From: Gemmatimonadales bacterium
GTDB lineage: Bacteria; Gemmatimonadota; Gemmatimonadetes; Gemmatimonadales; GWC2-71-9
Direction of reading: 5' to 3'
Length of the DNA stretch: 64,000 nucleotides
Assembly: GCA_041577295.1 (NCBI GenBank)
Contig: JBFGJG010000023.1
Span: 1-64,000 of the forward strand
Below, piece after piece: positions 10,074 through 20,460 of this stretch (position 1 is its first letter; each line of letters starts with the position of its first letter). A program made the translations under genes and the position numbers. The notes beneath the pieces were generated by a model. The model searched no databases. It saw nothing but the letters and a program-made list of their open reading frames with translations, and was not told where the DNA came from.

Positions 10074-10703
10074 ATGGACCGCCTGAAAGTCGGGATCCTC
10101 GTGTTTGATGGCGTGGAGGTGCTCGACTTCGCGGGCCCCATTGAGGTCTTCTCGCGTAGCCGGTTAACGCCGGGAATCGCGTCTCGCCGCTCCGAAGACT
10201 CCGCACCCTTCCGCGTATTCACGGTGGCCGAGAACGCACAGCCCATCGTCGCCACGGGAGGGCTGCGGGTACTACCCGATTACACGTTCGCGACCGCCCC
10301 ACCCATCGACCTACTGGTGATCCCAGGCGGATTCGGGACCAGGCGACTCCTCGAGGACGCCGTCACACTGGACTGGATCCGTGCCGTGGCGGCGCGGGCA
10401 AAGCATGTGACGTCGGTCTGCACGGGTGCCTTGCTCCTGGCAAAGACTGGCCTGCTGGCCGGTCGCCGAGCCACCACCCACTGGGGGGCGTGCGATCTCC
10501 TCGCGTCGCTCGATCCGACACTTACCGTCGAGCGAGACCAGCGAGTGGTGGTCGATGGCATTATCACCTCGGCCGGGGTGGCTGCCGGCATCGATATGGC
10601 CCTCACGGTCGTCGAGTTGCTGTGTGGCGTGGACGTCGCTGAGGAAACGGCGCACTACATCGAATTTCCCCGGGGGGCGCGGCCGCTGAAGGCGCAGCCC
10701 TGA
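10074..10703 (+). CDS. DJ-1/PfpI family protein
   Basis: EVLDFAGP.EVF, IPGG.G, SVCTG nucleophile elbow, ATTHW, TSAGVAAGID. Confidence 0.92.
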   Translation: MDRLKVGILVFDGVEVLDFAGPIEVFSRSRLTPGIASRRSEDSAPFRVFTVAENAQPIVATGGLRVLPDYTFATAPPIDLLVIPGGFGTRRLLEDAVTLDWIRAVAARAKHVTSVCTGALLLAKTGLLAGRRATTHWGACDLLASLDPTLTVERDQRVVVDGIITSAGVAAGIDMALTVVELLCGVDVAEETAHYIEFPRGARPLKAQP

Positions 10704-10735
10704 AGGCGCGGACGGAGATCACCACAGGAGGACGT

Positions 10736-11968
10736 ATGGATCGCCGTGAGTTCGTCGCGCTCGGTGTCGGTGGGGCACTCGGTGCGGGAGCAACCCAACA
10801 AATCCCGCAGCGCGCCGGCGTGTCAACCCAGCAGGATTCCCATCGCGCCCTCTTCCCACGCCTCGCTCAGGAGACGTTCCTCGACGCCGCGGGCGGTACA
10901 CCCCTCGCGACGTTCGCCGAGGCCGGGCTGCAGCGATACATGGAGTTTCAGAAGCTCGGCGTTCACAGCGAGTATGTCTCCGGCGTGTTGGGGAACATTC
11001 ATAGGTCCTTTGGCAAGCTGATCGGAGCTCAGCCTCACGAGATCGCGCTGGTGCACTGCACCAAGGCCGGTGAGCAGATCGTGCTCGATGGCCTGGACCC
11101 CATGCGACACGGCCGCAACGTCGTGACCAACGACATGCATTTTACGGGCTCGCTCCACAACCTGATCGGCCTCCGGCGTGCCGGCATGGACGTGCGCATC
11201 GTTCGCAGCCGGGACTGGGACGTCCCACTCGAAAACATGGAATCTGTTATCGACGAGCGCACCGCCCTCGTGGCATTGACACTCGTTTCGAACGTCACGG
11301 GTCGTATCGAGCCCATGCGGGAGCTAGCACAGCTCGCTCACGACCGGGGTGCGCTCGTCTACGCCGACATTATCCAGGCCGCCGGCATCATGCCCGTCGA
11401 CGTTCGAGCGCTGGGAATAGATTTCGCGGCCTGCTCGGGATACAAATGGCTCTACGGAGTGCACGGCGTGGGCTTCCTATATGTTCGCGCCGAGTTGCAA
11501 GGCTCGGTCCTGCCGGACCGGCTATTCCCCGGGCACGTGGAGTACAACTATCGACCATGGGTCGATCGAGTCGATCCAGCGGAGGAGCCCCTCCTCTACC
11601 AACCACCCGTCGATGCCACACGATACCAGCCTGGACACGTGAGCTACCTGGGATACTGCGCCTTGTACGAAGGTCTAGAGTTCATCCATCGGATCGGTGT
11701 CGACACGGCACTCGCGCATTCGATCCGGCTGAATCAACGGCTACGAGGCGGCTTGGATCCGAATCGGTACCGAAGCATCTCACGACACCTCGACCGCTCG
11801 CCCATCGCGACGTTCCTCACGGCGGATCCTGAAAGCATCGTGTCGCGCCTCCAGAACGCGAAGATCAAGGTGGCCTTGCACGGGAACCGGCTGCGGATTT
11901 CACCCGCGCTCTATAACACGGCTGCCGATATCGATCTCCTCATCAAGACCTTGAACCGACCGGGTTAG
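10736..11968 (+). CDS. Class V PLP-dependent enzyme with twin-arginine signal
   Basis: MDRREFV Tat motif; D..QAAG, SGYKWL.G PLP lysine, LRISP.LYN; AGGAGG RBS. Confidence 0.85.
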   Translation: MDRREFVALGVGGALGAGATQQIPQRAGVSTQQDSHRALFPRLAQETFLDAAGGTPLATFAEAGLQRYMEFQKLGVHSEYVSGVLGNIHRSFGKLIGAQPHEIALVHCTKAGEQIVLDGLDPMRHGRNVVTNDMHFTGSLHNLIGLRRAGMDVRIVRSRDWDVPLENMESVIDERTALVALTLVSNVTGRIEPMRELAQLAHDRGALVYADIIQAAGIMPVDVRALGIDFAACSGYKWLYGVHGVGFLYVRAELQGSVLPDRLFPGHVEYNYRPWVDRVDPAEEPLLYQPPVDATRYQPGHVSYLGYCALYEGLEFIHRIGVDTALAHSIRLNQRLRGGLDPNRYRSISRHLDRSPIATFLTADPESIVSRLQNAKIKVALHGNRLRISPALYNTAADIDLLIKTLNRPG

Positions 11969-11980
11969 GTCATCCCCCGC

Positions 11981-13225
11981 GTGACCCGACGCATGGGCAA
12001 CCGGTCACTGGAACGGCTGTCACTTGACGAGGTGCGCCGTCTCGCGCTCGCCGCTCAGGGGTTCGGCCGTCCACGCCCCCGCACGCAGGTCACCATTGCA
12101 CACATTCGTCGAACGATACGGCGCCTCGGTCTCCTTCAGCTCGACTACGTGAACGTCCTCGTTCCGGCACACTACCTCGTCCTGTTCTCCCGACTCGGCG
12201 CCTACGAGCGCAGCAAGCTCGACGATCTCGTGTACGGCCGTGGCGAATTCACGGAGCAGTGGGCCCACGAGGCATCGATCGTACCGATGGAAACGTGGCC
12301 ACTCCTGGCCCACCGTCGCGTCGCCCACCGCGTCCGCCCATGGGGCTTCGAGAAGTTTCTGGCCAAACACGCGCAATACGCCGGGCGGGTGCTCGAGGAA
12401 ATCCGCAACCGGGGACCACTTGGCGCGGACGACCTACCCGAACCGGAGGGAGCGCCCCGGCGCATGAGTGACAAGTGGGGCTGGGGCCTTGCGGTCCGGC
12501 GCCAGGTCCTCGAAGCGCACTTCGGATTCGGTCGTCTCGCGGTGACGGAGCGCGCGCCCAACTTTTCCAGGCGCTACGACCTTGCGGAGCGTGTGATCCC
12601 CGAACCACACCACGGTCGGACTCTGAGTACGGACGAAGCCCAACGCGAGCTGTTGCGACTAGCCGCACGCGCGCTCGGCATTGGGACCGTGGCGGATCTT
12701 GCGGACTATTACCGCATGCCCGTGCGTGAGGCTCGACCCCGTATCGCAGAGCTCGTCGCAGGCCGTGCGCTTACCGAGGTCCGGGTGGAGCGCTGGAAGG
12801 AGCCGGCGTACCGCGACCCTGCAGCGCGGGCGCCTCGTTCAGTCACCGCGGCCTCCCTCCTCTCACCGTTTGATCCGCTGATCTGGTTTCGCCCGCGCAC
12901 CGCGCGTGTCTTTGACTTCGACTACCGCCTCGAGACCTTCACACCCGCCGCGAAGAGGAAATGGGGCTATTACGTGTTACCATTTCTGCTTGGTGATCGT
13001 CTCGTGGCGCGTGTTGATCTCAAGGCTGACCGTACGGCTCGTCGTCTGCGCGTTCTCGCGGCCGATCTCGAGCAGGGGGCCGCACGGGTCCCGGTCGCGG
13101 ACCGCTTGGCACGCGAGCTATGGACGGTGGCTCGGTGGTTGGAACTGGACGACGTCGCAGTCGAGGGTCGCACGGTATTCGCGCGGCACCTCGGTCACGC
13201 CATTTTACAACACTCGAGCGAGTAG
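11981..13225 (+). CDS. ycaQ: YcaQ/AlkZ (HTH_42) crosslink-repair DNA glycosylase
   Basis: LQLD (QxD) motif, LFSRLG, EQWAHEAS, LLSPFDPL, YRLE.FTP..KR.WGYYVLPFL. Confidence 0.88.
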   Translation: MTRRMGNRSLERLSLDEVRRLALAAQGFGRPRPRTQVTIAHIRRTIRRLGLLQLDYVNVLVPAHYLVLFSRLGAYERSKLDDLVYGRGEFTEQWAHEASIVPMETWPLLAHRRVAHRVRPWGFEKFLAKHAQYAGRVLEEIRNRGPLGADDLPEPEGAPRRMSDKWGWGLAVRRQVLEAHFGFGRLAVTERAPNFSRRYDLAERVIPEPHHGRTLSTDEAQRELLRLAARALGIGTVADLADYYRMPVREARPRIAELVAGRALTEVRVERWKEPAYRDPAARAPRSVTAASLLSPFDPLIWFRPRTARVFDFDYRLETFTPAAKRKWGYYVLPFLLGDRLVARVDLKADRTARRLRVLAADLEQGAARVPVADRLARELWTVARWLELDDVAVEGRTVFARHLGHAILQHSSE

Positions 13226-13231
13226 CTCGCA

Positions 13232-13963
13232 ATGCAATTGGACTTTACCGATCAGACCGCATTGGTAACCGGAGGCTCCCGCGGTATTGGTCTCCAGATC
13301 GCTCGGGACCTCGCACGGTGTGGAGCACGGATCATTCTCACGTCGACCTCGGCGAAGTGGGCGGCTCCCCCAGAGCTTCAGGATGCCCGCCACCTGCAAG
13401 TCGATTTCACCCAAGCCGATAGCCGCGCTCGCTTTTTGAAGGTGCTTGCAGCGCTGCCCTCGCTCCACGTGTTGATCAACAACGCCGGCGTCGCCATGCA
13501 TCGGGCGTACGAGCAGGCAACGGAAGCCGATTGGGACGAAACCAATGACGTCAATTTGAAGGCCCCGTACCTCGTGAGTCAGGCGGCGGCACAAATCATG
13601 ACGCGGCAGCGGTATGGTCGCATCGTCAACGTGAGCTCCATCTGGGGGCATATCACGATGCGCGAACGCTCGGTGTACACCGCGACCAAGTGGGGGCTCC
13701 GAGGAATCTCGGTCAGTCTCGCCGCTGAATTGGCGCACCACAACGTGCTGGTCAACACGGTGTCACCGGGGTTTACCATGACCGATATGGTCCGTCGAAA
13801 TTACTCGGCCGATCGCCTGCGTGAGATCGAGGCTCGTATACCCATGGGCCGCCTTGCCACGACCGAAGACATCTCGCGTGCCGTGCTCTTTCTGGCAAGC
13901 GATCTCAACTCCTACGTCACAGGACAGTCTCTGGTCGTCGACGGCGGGTACAGTATCATCTAA
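13232..13963 (+). CDS. SDR family oxidoreductase
   Basis: TGGSRGIG, NNAG, YTATK, VDGG. Confidence 0.93.
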   Translation: MQLDFTDQTALVTGGSRGIGLQIARDLARCGARIILTSTSAKWAAPPELQDARHLQVDFTQADSRARFLKVLAALPSLHVLINNAGVAMHRAYEQATEADWDETNDVNLKAPYLVSQAAAQIMTRQRYGRIVNVSSIWGHITMRERSVYTATKWGLRGISVSLAAELAHHNVLVNTVSPGFTMTDMVRRNYSADRLREIEARIPMGRLATTEDISRAVLFLASDLNSYVTGQSLVVDGGYSII

Positions 13964-13968
13964 GCACC

Positions 13969-14625
13969 GTGCCAGATCCGACCGACCGGGCGCCAGGCGC
14001 TCCAAACATCTCACTCACCGAGCTCACCAGCCAGTTCGGTACGATCGACATCTATCTCTTCGATCAATTGCTCCGCGGACGGATTACTCCACGCACGAAG
14101 GTCTTCGATGCAGGCTGCGGTCGTGGGCGCAACCTGCACTACTTGCTGCGCGCCGGGGTACAGGTGTTTGGGGTCGATCCCGACGAGCGGGTCATCGAAG
14201 AGGTTCGTGCGCTCGCCGCGAGATTCGCACCTGAGCTCCCCACTGAGAACTTCCGCGCCGAGCCCATCGAAGCCATGAGCTTCCCGGATCATCTCGCGGG
14301 CTTCGTGATCAGCAACGCCGTCCTGCACTTCGCACGGGATGAGCTTCACTTCTGGCGCATGCTCGAGGGCTCGTGGCGGGTGCTCGAGCCGGGTGGCGTG
14401 TTTTTCTCCCGGCTCGCGTCGACGATCGGGATTGCCGAATCCCTGACACACCTCAACGGACGCCGGTACCGTCAGCCGGACGGGAGTGAGCGGTTCCTGG
14501 TCGACGGGGACTTTTTGGCGCACACGGCGGCCCGGCTGGGTGGGGTACCGATCGACCCCCTCAAGACCACCGTGGTCCAGAACCTCCGCTCGATGACCAC
14601 TTGGGTCCTACGCAAGGACCGCTGA
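13969..14625 (+). CDS. Class I SAM-dependent methyltransferase
   Basis: DAGCGRGRN, SNAVLHF, RVLEPGG. Confidence 0.88.
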   Translation: MPDPTDRAPGAPNISLTELTSQFGTIDIYLFDQLLRGRITPRTKVFDAGCGRGRNLHYLLRAGVQVFGVDPDERVIEEVRALAARFAPELPTENFRAEPIEAMSFPDHLAGFVISNAVLHFARDELHFWRMLEGSWRVLEPGGVFFSRLASTIGIAESLTHLNGRRYRQPDGSERFLVDGDFLAHTAARLGGVPIDPLKTTVVQNLRSMTTWVLRKDR

Positions 14626-14741
14626 GGACGCCGCAGGGTTCTTGTGTAACAGCGATCAAGTATCGACCTTGCAAGGCGACGCGCAGACAAACTTGAGGCG
14701 TTGCGATCACCCGCCGGCGCAGTGCCAGTTACAGGGGACGA

Positions 14742-15827
14742 ATGACGACTCGTAGCTCCACGATAGAAAAAGAGCGTCTTTCCGCGCTCGAGCGATATGA
14801 TATTCTCGACACGCTGCCCGAGCAGGCCTACGATGATATCACATTGCTTGCCTCGCAAATCGCCGGTACACCCATCGCCTTGATGAGTCTGGTCGACAAC
14901 CACCGCCAGTGGTTCAAGTCGAGAGTCGGTCTCGAGGCATCCGAGACGTCCAGAGACGTCGCGTTCTGTGCGCACGCGATTCAGGAACCCGAGGAGCTCT
15001 TCGTCGTCCACGACGCGCATAGAGACAAACGCTTCGCCTCCAATCCACTCGTGACCGAAGCCCCCAGCATCCGTTTCTATGCCGGCGCACCGCTGGTCAC
15101 TCCAGACGGTTTCGCACTTGGTACGCTGTGCGTCATCGACCGGAAGCCGCGGGAGCTCACTGAGGACCAGCGCAATTCGTTACGGGCACTGGCACGTCAG
15201 ATCATCGCACAGCTCGAGCTGCGTCGAGCGATCACCGAACTCGAACGCCAGACCGAGATGCAACGCCAGTATCAGGATCAGCTCGAGTCGTATCAGCGAC
15301 AGCTCGAAGAGGCAAACGAAGGCCTACGGCTACAGAGTAACACTGATCAGTTGACAGGTGTCCTCAACCGGCGGGCGCTCGAGCGAGCACTGACTGACGA
15401 GATCGACCGCGCCACTCGCTACAAGCTCCCACTCTCGTTGGTCCTGCTCGACGTGGATGAGTTCAAGTCCTTCAACGACACTTTTGGTCATCCCGCTGGA
15501 GACGTGCTCCTCAAGGGTGTCGCAGAGATCTTGGAAGCCAGCAGTCGTAACAGCGATGTCGTGGCCCGGTATGGTGGTGAAGAGTTCGCTGTGGTACTAC
15601 CCAATACGACCGCCGACAGCGCGATGGTCCTGGCTGAGCGGTTTCGACGAGCGATCGAGAACAACGAGTGGGCGCAGCGCCGTGTGACGATTAGTGCGGG
15701 GGTGTCCACGCTGTCGGATGTGGCCAACGACCAACGCACCCTGATCGCAACTGCAGACCAGGCGCTGTACGATGCGAAACGCCAGGGCCGCAATCGAGTA
15801 ATCCTATCGACACCGCCACAGGGGTGA
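14742..15827 (+). CDS. GAF-coiled coil-GGDEF diguanylate cyclase, predicted active
   Basis: GAF ([16 protein letters not shown]); [21 protein letters not shown]-site, GGEEF. Confidence 0.93.
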   Translation: MTTRSSTIEKERLSALERYDILDTLPEQAYDDITLLASQIAGTPIALMSLVDNHRQWFKSRVGLEASETSRDVAFCAHAIQEPEELFVVHDAHRDKRFASNPLVTEAPSIRFYAGAPLVTPDGFALGTLCVIDRKPRELTEDQRNSLRALARQIIAQLELRRAITELERQTEMQRQYQDQLESYQRQLEEANEGLRLQSNTDQLTGVLNRRALERALTDEIDRATRYKLPLSLVLLDVDEFKSFNDTFGHPAGDVLLKGVAEILEASSRNSDVVARYGGEEFAVVLPNTTADSAMVLAERFRRAIENNEWAQRRVTISAGVSTLSDVANDQRTLIATADQALYDAKRQGRNRVILSTPPQG

Positions 15828-15856
15828 CGGTGGGTCCTCACTCTTCTGAGGTAATC

Positions 15857-16189
15857 ATGAGAGGCGTAACCACACTGATCTTGGCAGCAACCGTGCTCGT
15901 CGTCACGGCGTGTCCGGGCGCCAGCGGCGATGCCGACATCCAGGAGTTCATCGAAGCGTGTCTAGCCTCGAGCAACCTGCCGCCGCCCATATGCGAGTGT
16001 AGTGCAAGAAAAGCCAGGGAGGAGCTGTCGCCCGAGGCGTTCGCCTTTCTCGTAGCGACACTTCGCGGTGACGACCGGCGGACGGAGGAGCTTCGCGGTC
16101 AGCTCGACATCGCCGAGGCGATGGAGGCCGGGACCTTCATGGTTCGCGTTCCCGCTGAATGCGCGGGTGAACTGGGCGGCGGCGGCTAA
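15857..16189 (+). CDS. Small Cys-containing lipoprotein, unknown function
   Basis: GAGGT RBS, VTAC lipobox, four further Cys including C-E-C. Confidence 0.7.
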   Translation: MRGVTTLILAATVLVVTACPGASGDADIQEFIEACLASSNLPPPICECSARKAREELSPEAFAFLVATLRGDDRRTEELRGQLDIAEAMEAGTFMVRVPAECAGELGGGG

Positions 16190-16199
16190 CGCGGGCCGC

Positions 16200-16727
16200 A
16201 TGACGACCTCCGGGTTCGAGCCATCGGTCATCAGGCACGACGGCTACGACTACTGGCGGACCTGGTTCTTCAACGAGTGTGATGACGCCTCGCTCCTCGG
16301 TATCACACCGCCGCAACTCCCCTGGATCACGGGAACCGCACCAGGTGCGTCGGTGTACCGTCGTGGAACTGAGCTATTTCTCGAGGATGCGCCGTGGTTC
16401 CCTCACTCCGGTAACACCATTCACCGGGTGTGTGGACCGTACGTCGTGAAAGACGTCGCGCGTCCTCCCGCGGAGGCCGAGCCCGTGCATTCGGTGGACG
16501 GCCGCATCGTCGCCTACCGCGATCTGAACCCACAGCGCGGCCCCTGGTACAACCGGGCGAAAGTGGAACGCCTCGTCGATGGCGAGCTGCTCGTACACCG
16601 GCAGCTGGCCGGTCAGTTCGAATATTTCCCCATCCGGCTGCGCATCGTGCGAACGCCGCGATGGCACGTCGCGCAGGTTCGGCACACCGATGACTGCTGG
16701 TTGTGCGCGCCCACCATGACGCCATAG
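16200..16727 (+). CDS. Hypothetical protein
   Basis: ATG 10 nt after the previous stop, fills the gap, aromatic-rich protein-like composition; no family recognised. Confidence 0.6.
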   Translation: MTTSGFEPSVIRHDGYDYWRTWFFNECDDASLLGITPPQLPWITGTAPGASVYRRGTELFLEDAPWFPHSGNTIHRVCGPYVVKDVARPPAEAEPVHSVDGRIVAYRDLNPQRGPWYNRAKVERLVDGELLVHRQLAGQFEYFPIRLRIVRTPRWHVAQVRHTDDCWLCAPTMTP

Positions 16728-16801
16728 ATCGCCTTAAAACCCATCAGCACCGGGCAACGATCGTTGATCCCGCAGGACCGTGAGCCCAACAAGGAGCTTC
16801 G

Positions 16802-17182
16802 ATGATCAGAGGCGTTCACACGATGTTTTACACATCCCAGCCTGAAGAGCTGAGGGCGTTCCTCCGTGACAAGCTGCAGTTCCCGCACTTCGACGTCGGT
16901 GACGGATGGCTGATCTTCGAGATTCCCGAAGCGGATATGGGTGTCCATCCGGCAGGAACGGAGCATGGAGGACCCGCTGGCCAGCATTACGTCTCGTTCT
17001 ACTGCGATGACATCGCGGTAACCGTCGACGAGCTCAAGTCTCGCGGCGTGGAATTCATCGACGAAATCACCGACGTGGGGTATGGTCTGGCCATTCACTT
17101 TCGGATGCCCGGTGGCGTGGAGGTCGAACTGTACCAACCGTCCTATCAGCGACCCAAGCCACGACGCGTGTCATGGTGGTAA
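16802..17182 (+). CDS. VOC family protein
   Basis: AAGGAG RBS; FYCDDI..TV.ELK.RGVEF, PGG.EVELYQP. Confidence 0.85.
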   Translation: MIRGVHTMFYTSQPEELRAFLRDKLQFPHFDVGDGWLIFEIPEADMGVHPAGTEHGGPAGQHYVSFYCDDIAVTVDELKSRGVEFIDEITDVGYGLAIHFRMPGGVEVELYQPSYQRPKPRRVSWW

Positions 17183-17294
17183 CAGGGGTAGCCCTGGCAA
17201 GAGGGGCACCTGTGTCTCTGCGCTGCTCGCTGTCGCCAATGGAGCCGGAGCAAACCGGAACCCGGGAAGCACTGCTGCCAACGCGCAACCGGCC

Positions 17295-19892
17295 GTGAGG
17301 ATCCCGCGCCGCAGGGTTGCGTGGACGGCAGTGACGCTGGTGCTGTCAGCCGTTGCGTGCGAGCCACCCGACCTGCCTGCACCGGGCATCCCTGCCGAAC
17401 TCGCCGCGTTCCGTAGCAGGACCATCTCCGAAATTCGGTACCACCTGTCCTTGCGAATTCCGGAGGCAGTCGAACAACCGGTGGCGGGTACCGTGACGAT
17501 CGATTTCCTGCTCCGGGATCCGTCGCGCGCGTTGGTGCTCGATTTTTTCACGTCGCCCGAAAATATCCGCTCCGTGACGGACGCAAACGGAACACCTCTC
17601 CCTCATACCGTCGTGCACGATCACATCGTCATTCCGGCATCTGCCCTCCGATCCGGCGCTCAGCGGATGCAAGTCGCATTTCTCGCAGGCGACGGTGCGC
17701 TCAATCGCAACCCCGACTTCCTGTATACGCTGTTCGTTCCCGACCGCGCGTCCACCGCCTTCCCATGCTTCGATCAACCCGACCTGAAGGGACGTCTCCG
17801 GCTCACCCTGGACGTCCCCTCCTCGTGGACGGCCGTAGCCAACGCGCCGCTTGAGCGTGCCGACACGACCGCCGAAGGCGTTCGCCTTGTGTTTCGCGAA
17901 ACCGCACCACTCAGCACATACCTCTTTGCATTTGTCGCCGGGAAATTCCACGCCGAGGAGCGCCAGCGGGATGGACGGGTGCTCCGCATGTATCATCGCG
18001 AGGACAACCTTCGCACGATCCGGCGCAATCTGGATGAGGTCTTCGATCTGCACGCGAGGGCGCTTCGATGGTTGGAGGAGTATACCGGCATCCCCTATCC
18101 ATTTGAGAAGTTCGATTTCGTCGCTATCCCCTCATTTCAGTTCGGTGGCATGGAGCATCCCGGCGCGGTTCTCTATCGGTCATCAAGCCTGTTCCTCGAA
18201 GAATCCGCCAGCCAAAACCAGTTGCTGGGTAGGGCCAGCCTCATTGCGCACGAGACGGCGCATATGTGGTTCGGCGATCTCGTGACCATGCGTTGGTTCG
18301 ACGATGTCTGGATGAAGGAAGTCTTCGCCAACTTCATGGCGGCAAAGATCGTCGAGCCGTCGTTCCCCGAGATCAACCATGAGCTGCGCTTCTTCCTCGC
18401 TCACCATCCCCGGGCCTATGCCGTCGATCGCACGGCGGGCACCAACCCCATCAGACAGGAGCTGGGCAATCTCCGCGAGGCCGGCACACTCTACGGCGCA
18501 ATCATCTATCAAAAGGCCCCGATCGTCATGCGTCACCTGGAGCGCACGATCGGCGAGGAGGCCATGCGAGACGGGCTACGTGAGTACCTAGCGCGATTCC
18601 AGTTTGCCAACGCGAGTTGGACCGACCTCATCACCATCCTCGACGGGTTGACCAGCGAAGACCTCGCGTCGTGGAGTCACGTTTGGGTGGAAGAGCCGGG
18701 AAGACCAACGATTACGGCGTCTGTCACGCGCGAGGACACCGCGCGGGCGGTGCTCGTGGAACAGCGCGACCCGTGGGAGCGCGGCAGAGTGTGGAACCAG
18801 TGGATCCAAATCGCATTCGGTATCCCCGACGCGGTAGCGACGATTCCGGTGCAACTCCGAGCGTCCGAAGCCCGCGTCCCGATTCGTTCTCCCGGTCGCG
18901 CGGCCAGCTTCCTGCTGGCAGGTGCCGACGGGCTTGGGTATGGTCGCTTCCTACTGGACACGCGGAGTCGACAGTTCCTGGTTGAACACCTTCCGTCGCT
19001 CGAAAACCCGCTGCACCGCGCCGCGGCTTGGGTGGCTCTATGGGAACACGTGCTCGACGGCGACGTCGCTGCTGAGACGTTCATCGTGCAAACTCTACAG
19101 TCGCTCACCGCTGAGCCAGACGAGCTAATCGTGGAGTACGTGACTGGGCTGCTCGAAACAGCCTATTGGCGTTTCGTGCGTAGCTCGACTCGCGGGGAGC
19201 TCGCGTCACGTGTCGAGGCGGCGCTGTGGAGCGCCCTCGATCGCAGCGTTACCCAAACGCGCAAGGGAGCGCTGTTCGAGGCCATCGTCTCGATGACGCT
19301 GACCGACGAGGGGACGAACCGCCTCATCAGCATCTGGCGGGGTGATGAGGCCGTTGCGGGGCTGCCGCTCGAGGAGCGACAACTCACACGACTCGCCGAA
19401 GCACTGGCGCTCCGGGGAGTGAGCAACGCCGACTCGATCCTGGACGTCCAGGCGTCGCGTATTGGGAATCCGGATCGACGGGCCAGGTTTGCGTTCGTGC
19501 GACCGTCGCTCGCTGAGGGTCCGGCGGTGCGCGATTCGGTCTTTCGGAGCTTCGCAAACCCGGCCAATCGAGAGCGGGAGCCGTGGGTGCTAGACGCGGT
19601 CGGGTATCTCCATCACCCACTCCGCGCGGATCACGCAATCCGATACGTCCGGCCGAGCCTTGAGCTCACAGAAGAGATTCAACGCACCGGTGACATCTTT
19701 TTCCCGCTGCGGTGGCTAGAGGCCATGCTGGACGGTCATCAATCCGCGGAAGCAGCTGAAATTGTTGTCGGGTTTTTGGCTGAGCGCCCCGATTATCCGC
19801 GCCAGTTGCGCGGGAAAGTCCTCCAAGCAGCCGACGACTTGTTTCGTGCTGCACGCATCGTGAACAACTGGAGCGGTACGACACCTTCCTGA
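17295..19892 (+). CDS. M1 family aminopeptidase (PepN-like), probable lipoprotein
   Basis: FPCFDQPDLK, GGMEH, HETAHMWFGD..T..W.D..W..E, IYQK. Start placed at GTG 17295 before an AVAC lipobox; uncertain. Confidence 0.9.
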   Translation: MRIPRRRVAWTAVTLVLSAVACEPPDLPAPGIPAELAAFRSRTISEIRYHLSLRIPEAVEQPVAGTVTIDFLLRDPSRALVLDFFTSPENIRSVTDANGTPLPHTVVHDHIVIPASALRSGAQRMQVAFLAGDGALNRNPDFLYTLFVPDRASTAFPCFDQPDLKGRLRLTLDVPSSWTAVANAPLERADTTAEGVRLVFRETAPLSTYLFAFVAGKFHAEERQRDGRVLRMYHREDNLRTIRRNLDEVFDLHARALRWLEEYTGIPYPFEKFDFVAIPSFQFGGMEHPGAVLYRSSSLFLEESASQNQLLGRASLIAHETAHMWFGDLVTMRWFDDVWMKEVFANFMAAKIVEPSFPEINHELRFFLAHHPRAYAVDRTAGTNPIRQELGNLREAGTLYGAIIYQKAPIVMRHLERTIGEEAMRDGLREYLARFQFANASWTDLITILDGLTSEDLASWSHVWVEEPGRPTITASVTREDTARAVLVEQRDPWERGRVWNQWIQIAFGIPDAVATIPVQLRASEARVPIRSPGRAASFLLAGADGLGYGRFLLDTRSRQFLVEHLPSLENPLHRAAAWVALWEHVLDGDVAAETFIVQTLQSLTAEPDELIVEYVTGLLETAYWRFVRSSTRGELASRVEAALWSALDRSVTQTRKGALFEAIVSMTLTDEGTNRLISIWRGDEAVAGLPLEERQLTRLAEALALRGVSNADSILDVQASRIGNPDRRARFAFVRPSLAEGPAVRDSVFRSFANPANREREPWVLDAVGYLHHPLRADHAIRYVRPSLELTEEIQRTGDIFFPLRWLEAMLDGHQSAEAAEIVVGFLAERPDYPRQLRGKVLQAADDLFRAARIVNNWSGTTPS

Positions 19893-19971
19893 CCGCTCAT
19901 CCCATCGAACGATCAGCGTGTTACGTTTGGCAGTGCTTGCGATTGACCATCGACCTCAGAGGAACGCGCTC

Positions 19972-20448
19972 ATGCCCCGCGTCATCATCCTCACCAGCTT
20001 GGCCATGATCGCCTGCGGCACCGGTTCACCGAGTCACCTCACGGAGTCACACCGCGGCGCAATGGTGGACAGCGTGGAGCAGATGCTGGATCAGTATCGA
20101 GCCAGCCTCAACACCGAGGGCTTTGCGGCGGCGCTCGCGTACTACGTGGACTCACCCGACTTCCACATCGCTGAGAACGGTCGAATTGCCTACGCCGCTT
20201 ACGACTCGGTTGCCGCAGCATTGACAGCCTTGCACAATGCCAAATTTGCGACCAACCTCGAGCTACACGAGACGAGGATCCTTCCACTCGCACCCGGGTT
20301 GGCTGGGGTGACGGCTAGTTATCAACAGACGATACGCGATTCGACCGGCCAGGAGTTCCTACTCGATGGCGTGTTCACCATGACGGTGGTGCATATGTCG
20401 GAAGGGTGGAAGTTTCTGGCCGGACACACGTCGCAGCCACGGCAGTGA
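19972..20448 (+). CDS. NTF2-like lipoprotein
   Basis: MIAC lipobox; FT..V.....GWK....HTS C-terminus. Confidence 0.75.
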   Translation: MPRVIILTSLAMIACGTGSPSHLTESHRGAMVDSVEQMLDQYRASLNTEGFAAALAYYVDSPDFHIAENGRIAYAAYDSVAAALTALHNAKFATNLELHETRILPLAPGLAGVTASYQQTIRDSTGQEFLLDGVFTMTVVHMSEGWKFLAGHTSQPRQ

Positions 20449-20460
20449 GGTGAGGACAAA

